DNA of 64,000 nucleotides from Polymyxa betae A26-41 (Eukaryota; Protista; Endomyxa: Phytomyxea). The notes under the pieces were generated by a model, which saw nothing but the letters and a program-made list of their open reading frames with translations, made no database searches and was not told the DNA's origin. Every line of letters begins with the position of its first letter. Within the stretch, counting starts at the first letter, position 1. A program made the translations under genes and the position numbers. The stretch is taken from NCBI GenBank assembly GCA_003693705.1, contig RBZT01000684.1:1-64000 (forward strand). The letters run 5' to 3'. Positions 24,018-34,902 of the stretch are shown here, piece after piece.

Positions 24018-24145
24018 TACTAGGGGGTATCAAACTTGCGCATTCCGACGCTTTAAATGTCGAATTTAAAGCACCTCGGCAGGTGCTTTTAAAAAATTAA
24101 AGCGCTTTAATTTTTTGTGAGAAGCCAACTTTGATACCCCTACTA
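24018..24145. mobile_element. 118-bp element with terminal inverted repeats and nested palindromes, flanked by TACTA direct repeats
   Basis: GGGGGTATCAAACTTG...CAACTTTGATACCCC, with TACTA at 24018-24022 and 24141-24145. Three internal palindromes. Confidence 0.6.
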
Positions 24146-24236
24146 TTTATAATTGTATTCAATATATTTGCAAGATCTCTATGATTTTTTTTATCGATAA
24201 TATGTAACTGCGCCCGATAAGTGGTAACCTTGCTCT

Positions 24237-25043
24237 AACACTCGACATTGTTATAGTCGGTTGCTGGGCATAACGTCGTCAGCCTGTCTTGGTGCCGTAA
24301 GTACACCTTGACGGGATGCAGCTCGTCCAGCTGTGTCGATGCCAGCAGCTGCTTCAATACTACCAGGGACACCTGATAGGCGTCCTCCGATACTCTACTC
24401 ACCATCAATCATTCCGCTTTTGTCATTGCCTTGAATACCTTAGCACTAAATCGACCGATTGAGCCGCCTCCTAGTCTATCAATCAGTATTATGGCAGGCA
24501 TCTGGCGAGTTCAGAAAATGAGAACTTTTTAAGAGAAATAGGAAGTGTACAAACATCGCATGATCATCAAGAAACTCGTCAAAATGTGAAGCCAATTTTT
24601 ACTTGATGAATATCAGCTGGAAACAATTCTGATTCATTTCGAGCCAATCTTTGACGAAACACTTCAGCCGTTCTATTGCCTGTCAGCAATATGCTGCTTT
24701 CCACCGTCATGGCCGTATCTGAGATCGCATTCGATGTTGGTGTTTTTGCCGTTTTCGAAGACGGCGCCGACGACGATGCCTTCTGCGATTGCTGTACGAT
24801 CGCAATCACAACGAACACGATCGCCATCGTCACGATCAACACGATCACCAACGTGCAAATCGATTCCGCATCCAATCGGCTTCGCGCTTTGGGCGCTTCG
24901 ATCTCCGCCCTCTGTATAATCTGGCTCTGCGGGAACGAGTTCAGGAAGGCTGGCCGCTCGCCCGACTCCAGATTGATGATCTCGATGGAAAGCGACCGCT
25001 GTCGCTGTCGCAGCTCAGAGGAGCCATGCTCGTCAGTCTCCAT
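24237..25043 (-). CDS. Hypothetical single-pass (type II) membrane protein, about 3 exons
   Basis: TM segment ICTLVIVLIVTMAIVFVVIAIV. Downstream exons join over GT-AG introns. Confidence 0.55.
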
Positions 25044-25203
25044 CAAAATCTCATTGACTCACCAAGATTTTTTTGTCTTCTGTTAGAAAAATAAAACGGA
25101 GCGGATTGCATAATGGCGACCGTCAGCGATAGGATTAGTTACAGCCGTTGACGACATGATGGCGAGCACCCCGTCGTCATCCACATAATATCTTTCATCA
25201 TCA

Positions 25204-26522
25204 ATGGGCGCCTGTCTATCAGCGGCCGGGAATCGCCATCCCGCCGGCAACCACGCCCATGCTCAGCTGCCTACTTTCCGCGTCTTGATTCTCGGTCCAG
25301 TTTCATCTCTGTTCCGTCGCATTTGGTCTCTGATCGCTCATAGGATCGGGCGAGAGCGGTAAGAGCACGATTACGAAGCAGATTCGGCGAAGTCAGAATG
25401 GCATGCAGCTGACCGATTTCGAGAAGTCGCAAACTCAGATCGCTTTATGCCATGTTGGTCGCTCGCCTTACTTTTATCGCTGTTGATAACGAGATCTGCA
25501 CAGAACACGTTGGAATGTCTTCGATCGATCGTCAAATCGATGCAGCAGTTCGGTCTGGCTCCGGACCCGAAGTTCGCCGAGACGGTTCGCCTGACCAGCG
25601 TTGAGCTCAACGATGAATCGCAGCCGGTTCTGTCGGACGCTCTGGTCCAGGCCGCCGCCGAATTCCTCAAATCGGAGGCGGTGAAGAGCTTCATGACGAC
25701 ACATCGCAATCAGTTCTGGATACTCGATGCCCATCCTTATTACTTCAACCATATGAGCAGAATCGCCCCTCGCCCTTATGAATATGCAGACGAAGATTTC
25801 ATTTTCGCTCGGGTGCGTTTCTACTTGGAGCGAAACGCTTTCTGAATTTTAGATTTTTATCGAATTATTGAGAGATTTTTTTTAAAGATTGTTATAGGTG
25901 AAGACATCTGGTGTTGTACAGACTACAATTGAGGTTCCGAATTCGTTCAATCCCGCACTTCGGCATCGCGTTATCAATTATGAAATGATCGACGTCGCCG
26001 GCCAGAGAAGCGAACGCCGAAAATGGTAAAATTGTCTTTACCAGATTTCGAGACTTTTTATCTCGAGTCTTCTGCTAAAATCAGTGCGATAGGATTCAGT
26101 ATTTCGATAATGTCGATGCGATCACGTTCGTCGTGAACCTGGCCGGATACGCGACACGAATGTTTGAAGACGATCACACGCTGCGGATGAACGATGAGCT
26201 GTCGCTGTTCAAGCAGGTCGTGGGCAATCCGATCTTCAAGGATAACCACATCTTCCTGGTTCTGAACAAGAAAGATATCTTCGAAGAGCTGCTTCGCCAC
26301 ATTCCGCTGAAGACCTGCTTCCCCGAATACGACGGACCCGAATGCGATGTTGGCGAAGCATTGTCGTTCGTTTCGCGGAAATTCAAGTCCATGATGCCGG
26401 GAGGACAGACCAAACGCCTTACGGTGTTCTACATGTCGGCGCGAGTACGGCGCGAGGTCAAATGCGCCTTCGACGACATCTTTAAACACATTTTTATGCA
26501 CGCCCAGAAGAGGCTTCAATGA
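25204..26522 (+). CDS. Heterotrimeric G protein alpha subunit
   Basis: MGAC N-terminus (myristoylation/palmitoylation), GSGESGKST, RVKTSG, DVAGQRSERRKW, LNKKD, MSA. Confidence 0.93.
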
Positions 26523-26547
26523 ACACCAATGCAAACGGCTTTTTTAT

Positions 26548-27268
26548 TCAATCAATCATTTGGAAATCGCAGACGCTTGGCATGTGGAACTTGGCCAGGA
26601 GCTTCTCGGCGATCTCGTCAGCCTTCGCTTTGCCCATCAAGGCGGCCGTGAGCGACAGGCCGAACTGGATGGCGGTTCCCGGGCCGCGGCTCGTGATGAC
26701 ATGATTCGAGATGACGACCTCATGAGGGTCGCCCATCTTCGGCATCACACAATTATCCAAACGGTCAGCGAATGCCGGATAACAAGTCGCTTTGCGATTC
26801 TGTAGCATTCCGTGTTTCTAAGGCCACGATTAGCGATTTTGAGATTCGAGAATTGGTAATCGCTTGAATCGAAAGCAAACCTGTAGAACGTTGAATGGAG
26901 CAGCACAAATGGCGCCGATAAAGCGATTGTCGTGCTGTTGCGTCTTCAACATGCCGATGAGCGTTTGCGATTCGGCGAGATTGGCGCTGCCTCTGCCGCC
27001 CGGGACAACGATGCAGTCGAAGATCTTGCTGCGGACGTCCTCGATCGTGGCATCGGCGACGATCTTGACGCCCTGGGCCAGCGTCACCGTCGTCGACTGG
27101 GCGCAGGACGCGATCGTGACGTCGATGCCGGCGCGGCGCAGGATGTCGATCGGAGCGATCAGCTCGATCTCTTCGTTGCCGTCGGTGATAGCAACCAGAA
27201 CCTGTTTCTTGACCATGGCGTAATGACGACGTCCAACAACTGTGGTAAATATGCGACGGGCCAGCATG
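26548..27268 (-). CDS. DJ-1/ThiJ/YajL family glyoxalase/deglycase, likely with mitochondrial leader
   Basis: GNEEIE, LRRAG, VVPGG, GAICAAP (catalytic Cys), ITSRGPGTA. Leader MLARRIFTTVVGRRHY. Confidence 0.9.
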
Positions 27269-27598
27269 ATCTGGGGCGGACCCTGGACCAACCAAGTTCA
27301 CTTGAACTACTGTCGGCCGTCCCGGAATGTTCTCTTCGAGCTGTCTGGAGCGCTACGTGGCTTTCTCTTCAATCGGGATTTCTATCAGCTGTCTGTTCTC
27401 GTAAAAACTTTTGTATTTCTGTAAAATTCGAAATCCGCGCCTCATCCTGCCTTCATTGCCAGAACAGTTCCAATTCCTCATTACTACTGCACTCTCTCAT
27501 TAGTTCGAAATCTGATTCCTGTTCTTGCTGAGGATCGCTTGGAACCTGGCAGGCAGCATGTTATCGTGATCGCCGGGCCTCTCTACCGATCAACTGCA

Positions 27599-29564
27599 TC
27601 AGCACGTCGAAATGACGCGATCCAGTACGGAATCCATGCGGGCGTTCTTGGTCTGAGCTTCTTTCAAGGCGTCGTCAGCCTCAGCCAGGCGCAGCTTCAG
27701 ACGCTGGATTTCGGCGTTCTCCTGACGTCGAAGCTGCTTCAGACGGTCGGCTTCGAGGCGCAGATCTCTCGACACCGAATCGATATCGTTCTTCCAAGTA
27801 TGATACCTAGAGCGTCCAATGGGTCAGTACGTCCCCGAGCTCCCAACCAAGGTCCTGCACCACCGACCAGGTTATCTGCGCTGCCAGTTTGCGCTCATGG
27901 TTGGAGACCGTATCGATCAGGCTTTGAAGTTCCCTGCGAAGTCTGTCGTTCTCAATTTGTAAGGCATCCGACTGTGATAGAATGTCATGTTGGGATGGCG
28001 ACCATCACTCAGCGAAGATTAGAAATTTTGAAAAGAAACAGGAAAAAATTTAAAGTTCAAGAAGAAACTGGAAAACATTAGATTTTAAGAAGAAACCTGA
28101 AAAATAAAAATTTTAAGAAGAAAATGGAACACATTTCTGCAATGACGTTACACCAACTCGAAAGAAAAGCGTAAAAAGACAATACAGAACCCATTCGTGT
28201 TAATACTTTGTGTATGAGATCGGCATTCGAGCTCTGCACATTCTGTAGCCGGGCCTGGATAGCATCACGTTCAGCGGCGATCTCTGCGATCGCCTTCTTC
28301 ATCGACTTGGCCGAATCCAGCTGCTGTTGCAGCTCGTCTCGCGTTGCTTGCAGACCGGTGATCTGGGCGGCGAACCGAACCCGATCGGTCTCCGCCTGCT
28401 GGCGCTGCATTCGCAGCTCGGCCGTACTGGCTCGTTCGGCAGCCAGGCTGCTCTCCAGCCGGCTGATTTTCGCCTGGTATCCGGCGATATCCTCCTGCTG
28501 CGCCTCCATCTGCCGAAATCATCCAAATTACAAGAAGCGACAGGCAGGAGGATGAGCGAAGCCGTACTTTCCCATGCAGGTCTTGCATCGCCGCCCCGAA
28601 CGATTTGGTTTCGTGCGCTGCAGTGACGACCCGATCAACAGCTATGCAATGGGCCAGCAAGCATCACGTACCAGCCTGATTCTGACGGTCGAGATTGTCG
28701 CGAAGCAGAGTCTGGACCTCACCGAGCTGGGCCCGGAACCCGTTCAGCTCGCTGTTCTTCTCGACCAGCTGATCTTCCAGGGCTCGAACCTGACCAACCA
28801 ATACGATCAACAAATACGAAACAAGATCACAGAAACGGATTCCTCAATGCAACGTTCAAGGACGGGACCATAGCAAATAGTGATGAAGAAACGACCTTGG
28901 AGGTTAACCTGGCATTGTCGCGTTTCAGGCAGAGAGTTTCGATATCTCCATTGCTGGTGCTGGTCTCAGCAGCCGTCATCGAATCTCGCACCTTCCCATA
29001 CTGATCGGAGCGCAGACGTCGTTTCAAGAGGCGGATCTGCTCCTGGGCGTCTTCCAACGCGCGTTTATGGTAGCTGCTGGAGCTTCCCAGACGCAACTGT
29101 CGATTAGCCTCGGTGAGGCGGTCGACCAGATCGCGAACCTTCTGCTCGTAGGCAGCGGCGGCCTCGCTCCAGCGCTTCTCCTTCGCCCGCCACATCGCCT
29201 CCATCTCCATTGTTTTCGCCTGCAGGTCTTCGCAGGCTTTCGCTAACAAAGCGCGATGTCCAAGCCAGGCTTTGGAATCGTCATCGAGGGTTTTCAGCTT
29301 CGCCAGGCTTTCGGCTTTGTCTTCGACCGCCTGGCGGAGCAGCTTTTCGAGTTCAAGAGCGCGTTCGCGTTCTCGCTCGAGATCGCATTTGATGGTGAGA
29401 GAGTTGTGGCGTTCGGCGAACAGCTGGTCGTTCAGACTGGCGTTCTCTGTGGAGAGATCGTCCAGCGTTCGCTGCAGATTGGTTGTCGATCTGGTCGGAG
29501 TGATCGAGATCTCCGGTAAATATCGGCGAGGGATAGCGTCGGCGCTTACATTGCTACCGGACAT
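27599..29564 (-). CDS. Long coiled-coil protein, multi-exon
   Basis: Heptad-rich E/Q/R/A/L exons (ORFs 28827-29564, 28078-28509 and others). The 3' end is approximate. Confidence 0.65.
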
Positions 29565-30363
29565 CTATGGTCATGGGCCTGCAGATGACGACAACGACCG
29601 AACAGGCTAAAGGGGAGATCGTTCGTGGTTCGATCCGATTGTGACGGGATAGACAGATCATGGCGTCCCAACGAACCTGGATTTTTGCATAATGTGGGAA
29701 TATTTTTCGCGGTCTCTTTTTTATGCAGCAATCGAACCTACAGCTGAGCCAGCAAATACCCAATTGGACGCCTCAATACCTGCCTCCAGCAGCTAAGCAA
29801 AACTAAATCGTCTCCGAGACTTGCTATTTTCGGAATAGGAACTTCCATCAGCGAACTTCCATCATCTTCTCGATTGAGGAGTGATGATTGATTTGAAGGA
29901 CGGTTGCAGAGGAAATACTCGTCATAGTCAGAAAGCTGATTAAGTTTCTCAGTATTAATGAGTCAGATAATACAACCATAGGTTGAAGGGTCCATTGCAC
30001 CAACATCGTATTCAATTTTTCTTGTTTAAACCCGGCCGACTCCTGTAGTTGCAAATGCCACCGGTCAGTATCAACGAACGAAGCCCCTATCAATGACGAA
30101 GCACATGGACTATGAATTTACTTAGAAACGGCAAAAGAGCCAGATGATTCTGTTCAGCGAAATAGTATTCTTATCCAAGCAACTGCACTCAAAAATCATG
30201 AGTTAAGTTTATCAAGATTGAGATTGACAAGAAAACATTACTGTTGTGAATTTCTCTCGCGCTCTCATCATGCCAGGTTTCAAGACATGCTAAGCAAGCA
30301 ATAGGTTGGAACGTGTTTCCAATTTAGCAACACATCAGAAGAAACTCGGGAACTTGTACACGC

Positions 30364-31672
30364 TCATTCGACTTCGTCACTTGCTTCAATTTGAGCAACG
30401 GCATGTAGTGCAATGCTGGGATTAGGGTCAGTGAACAATGATGACCATTCTAATACAGAATCAAGTGTAGGACGATCCTCTTGAGATGGCATCGTCATGG
30501 CCTTGACGGTTGTTGCAACGTTTGGCCACATTTTCGTCCAATGCTCCGAAAACGAACGTTTTCGGACATCGTTAAAGGCCAAAGCGCGCTCCATCCCAGT
30601 ACTAAACATCGTAAACAACTCCATTAAACACAGTCCGAGCGAGTAGACATCCGATTTCGTCGAACAATTCTGAGAGTCTTGTTTGCATTCCGGAGCGGCA
30701 TAAGATTCGGTGCCAAAATACCCTGATGAATCGCCTTTAACGATTTGTCCGTTGTCTCGGCTGGAACCGAAATCGCTAATCTTGAACACCTGCTTGCCAT
30801 TGTGTAGGCAATTCTCAGGCTTAACATCCAAATGCAAGAGCCCATTGCTATGAAGGTGCCGAAGACCTTTTATCATCTGACTGAATATATGAACTGCATA
30901 AGGCGGGTCAACATCCGTTCTGTTTTGTAGCCAGGAACGCAAGCTACCATGACAATGTTCCATTTGAATGTATAAAACTTGCGATGCCTCAGAGAAGCTG
31001 TCCATTAGGGACGAAGCAGAATTCGAGCTGGAGCCAGAGTTCTGGTGCAGATCTGTCTTAACGTAGCTTTTAAGAAAACTACTCATTGTGGTCGATGCGC
31101 TTTCCATCCAGCTCGAGAAGTATCTAATCACATTTTTGTGTGGAGGAAGCCGGGCCATAGTGCGAACTTCGTTGAGAGCTTCAGGCAGTTCCTTCCCGAA
31201 TGGAATGCATTTAACCTATCCATAAATCAACCAATCCGAATGCAGCTCTGTTATTATCGCCTACAGCATATGTCTGCATGTCAAGTTTGTTCAAAGCTGA
31301 GCAGACAATCCCATAAGATCCTCGGCCAAGATAATTAATCAATTTGAAATCCGCCGCAAATCGTGACGTTTCATAGGTACGAGATCCAGAGGAAGACCTT
31401 GATCGGATATGATTTGCCGCTGGAAACGACGAAGCAGAGCTACTATCGCAGACAGAGATCGTCGGCTGAGGAACGAAGGTCTCCGACCCAGTTGTCGCTA
31501 TGCAATTTGCCAATACCTGCCGGCCATGAGAGGCACCGACAATGCATAGTCGTGAAATTGCCGACCTTGTCAACATCGATGAGCGGTATAATGACCAGGT
31601 TGATGAACGGTATGAAGACCAGGCTTACCTGACGACAATGAAGGGTACTAGACGAGGGATCTCCCACCCCAT
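30364..31672 (-). CDS. eIF2-alpha kinase (HRI/PEK-like)
   Basis: SRF..DF...LGRGSYG.V..ALNKLD..YAVK, HKNVIRYFSSW, Ser-rich kinase insert, LYIQMEHC, DFG, KSDVYSLG...ELF..F.TGMER. Confidence 0.85.
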
Positions 31673-31923
31673 TTGGTGGCCCCGTCAATCACACCACCTG
31701 GCTGCGCGCACCATCGCACCACTCATCAAGTCGTTGACGTGGCACATGCAGTGAGGCGACGCGACGCACAGGCAACCGTTTGGTCACAACTCGACTGTGA
31801 AGACCCTAACTGAAGATCTTGACACAGTAATCTGATACGGCCATACTACAGCACCATACATACGAATGAGGCACTGTATACTGAAAGGCAAGCAACAAGC
31901 AATTACATTGTGATAAAACGGAT

Positions 31924-34697
31924 TTATTTCCGTTTGCCTTTGGTCCGCTTTTGGCCTTTGCTCTTGGTCTTCTTTGCAGTCAAGCGCTCGTTCATTTTCG
32001 CTTTCTTCTTTCGCTCCTTGTTGATCTGTTCGGGAGCCTTCAGCTCGTTTCGCGGACGTTTGCCGTTCGTGTTTCTAGCAATCACCGGCGGCGCGTCTTG
32101 TGCAGCTTCCATTCTGTTGGCGAATCTACCTCCGGCTTTGTTTAGCAAACCTCTCTTACGATCCCTACCGGGATCCTCACAAGTTCCAACCTGCAAGTGT
32201 TTATGAGCCAAAATGCCTCAGAATACCACGAAACAAAGAGAGTTACCTGTGGAATGCGTTTCTTGCTCTTAGAGCACCACTTTTCATACGCATCCGTGGC
32301 CTTCTTCTTATGATCGATCTTGGCTCCAGACTCATTTCGCATATTGCCATCATCACCCATACGAACATATTTCTTCTTTTTCTGATCCCATCGACGAATG
32401 GATTTGAGATTCCTCATGGTTTCCAAGTCATCTCCATCAACTTCGACCATCAAGTCATTTAGAGTTGCCGGCTTCTGGTTGGATCTGCCTGATCCTTCGA
32501 GGGCTATCTGAGTTTCATTCGTTCCGGCTTTAACATAATGAGCCTCGTCGCTGTAGATTGAATCAGCATCAAGCGAGCTTCAAAAAGGAAGCCTGCATAC
32601 CGGAAATTAGCGCGAAATTCGGGAATCTGCGAAGATTCGATTTTTTTCTGATGGTTGGCCTTCAGATGCTCGTGGACTCCTCTGATGTCCTTCATGACTT
32701 GATCTTGTTTACCGATTTCAAAAACAGTCCCTTCTGAATAAGATATCAGGCCATTATAGACCGAGGGCAACAGTCATGCATACTGGCTTTGAAAGAGCGA
32801 ATTCCCTCAATCATATCTTGATATTCGTTATAATCAGACGTTGTTGTAAGCTCAGCAAACAGAGGATGAACAGACATTGCCCTTAAACAGTATTGCGGCT
32901 CTTTAGCGACTACCGCCGACGACGGCGACGCGCCTGATCGCGTTTTACCTAAATTCCCATTTACATCGGCAATTTGATATAAAAAATGTACTATTCCTAC
33001 AGTATTGCTTGTAGGCACGAGTAGAGACGCGTTCCATTGATGAAAGGTCGGTATTGTGATCGATAGTACGACGGCAATATTCGACCTGTTCGTCTACAGG
33101 ACCAGAAGGCATGCAGCCGAACGTCGGAGGCGATGCACTGTCAGCAGAAGCTGGTTGCTGCGACGATTGGCCGGGCATACCCGTGCCAAGGTAGATGCAC
33201 AAATCGATCACATATGGCATCTCAGCCTATGGTGAGTTCAGCGAAACGCGCTCGAAACGAAACACAACCACTAACAGGTTCGACGACAGAAAAAGCACGA
33301 CCAGAGCGACCAGCACGAGCGACTCTCCCAACTCGATGAATAAATACTTTGGGTGAGCTCGGGAAGTGCAAGTTCACGACATTATCGAGAAGAGGCAAGT
33401 CTAAACCACGAGCGGCGACGTCAGTAACTACTAATATCTTGGCTTTTCCGGAACGAAATTTTCCAAGATTGATTTTTCGCGCTGAAGCATCCATTGCACC
33501 TAAAAGGTCTTAAGGACAATCTCATGGTGTTGCATATACAATGCTAACCATAGATAAGGGCAGATGAGAAGCCGGCCTCGCATAATAGCAAATGGATAAA
33601 CTCGACATGATGACGAGTGCAGGTAAAAACAATGGTCCGATCGTCACCGCTAATCGTATTCTTCATCAGATACATAAAAGCCCCGAGCTTTTGATCGGGA
33701 CGAATAGCAACGATATGGTTAGTAAGGTTCGGTGAAACTTGGGATTCGGCATCCAGCCTGACGATCTAGCACAAATTTGGTATCGGAAAGCAATAGCGAC
33801 ATTGCAATGCAAACCTCAGGGGACGTCAGACCGGCTTGAGTGAATTCAACCAGCATTCTAGGCATTGTCGCCGAAAACAACAAAGTCTGGCGAGTATCGG
33901 GCATCAGCTCTAAAATCTGACGCAGTTGAGCTGCGAATCCCTGTTATGGGTGCATCAGGGAAACTGCCATGCGACAACAAAAACATAATACCATTTCGAA
34001 CAACCTATCAGCTTCATCGAAAACCGCGAACTGAATTGTTTTCAAACTTAAACCGGTTGTCTGCAATCACTATTACGATCGATGCTACACTGTGTTTTGC
34101 CAAGCAGTACCTTGGCGATATGAGCTAATCGACCAGGTGTAGCAATGATGATATCAGGATTGTTAGCAAGAGCCTCAAACTGAGCCTCCATAGAGTCACC
34201 ACCCAGCAACAGGCAGTGACTCAGATCAGTAAACTTGGCTAAATCGCGAACATATTTTGAAGTCTGAAGTGCCAATTCGCTGAGATAGATCAGATAAAAT
34301 CGGAGTGATCATGTACAAGCAAGAATTACCGAGTCGGAGACAGAATTACGGCACGAGCACCAACTACGCTGGTATGACTTTGTAACTTCTCCAGAACCGG
34401 AATCAGGAATGCGGCTGTTTTACCACTTCCAGTTCGCGCCATAGCAACCATATCACGACCGCTCAATATTACAGGAATACATTTTCGCTGGATTGGGGTT
34501 GGGATCCGATAGCCTGAATTGTATCAACAAACAGCCCACATGATAGCTCCTCGATTCTTACCTTTTTTCATAACCGCTCTGAAAATTGAACCCGACAACC
34601 CAATACTTTCAAAGCCCCCACTGGAAGATTTACCTTTCTTCATCTTGCTTTTAGTCTGAGTTCGTTGAGCTTCTCGGCCCGTGTCCAAGCCATCCAT
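31924..34697 (-). CDS. DDX54: DEAD-box RNA helicase DDX54/Dbp10
   Basis: [60 protein letters not shown], and the DBP10 C-terminal WDQKKKKYV...NESG. Confidence 0.93.
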
Positions 34698-34902
34698 TTC
34701 TGGCTAAATTGGCTTTTCGGGCAGACTTTCTGCTGAGGTTTCCTATCGACTATCGGACTCCGCCACGGAGTTGAAAACTTTGCAAAATTTTCACTGGATT
34801 TTCTGCCTTTTGATTAAGATCGTTTTTAATTCATTTGAAATATGCAAGTTTGTCGATATAAATAGCAAATTGCAAAATGACCAGTCTCAGTAGACGGTCA
34901 AC

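Noticed and set aside
26765-28873. Long overlapping ORFs on the opposite strand or in alternative frames (178-199 aa)
   Set aside because: Explained by GC-rich codon usage of the DJ-1 and coiled-coil genes; no motifs.
29848-30093. 81-aa minus-strand ORF between the coiled-coil and kinase genes
   Set aside because: No ATG start, motif or clear splice structure.
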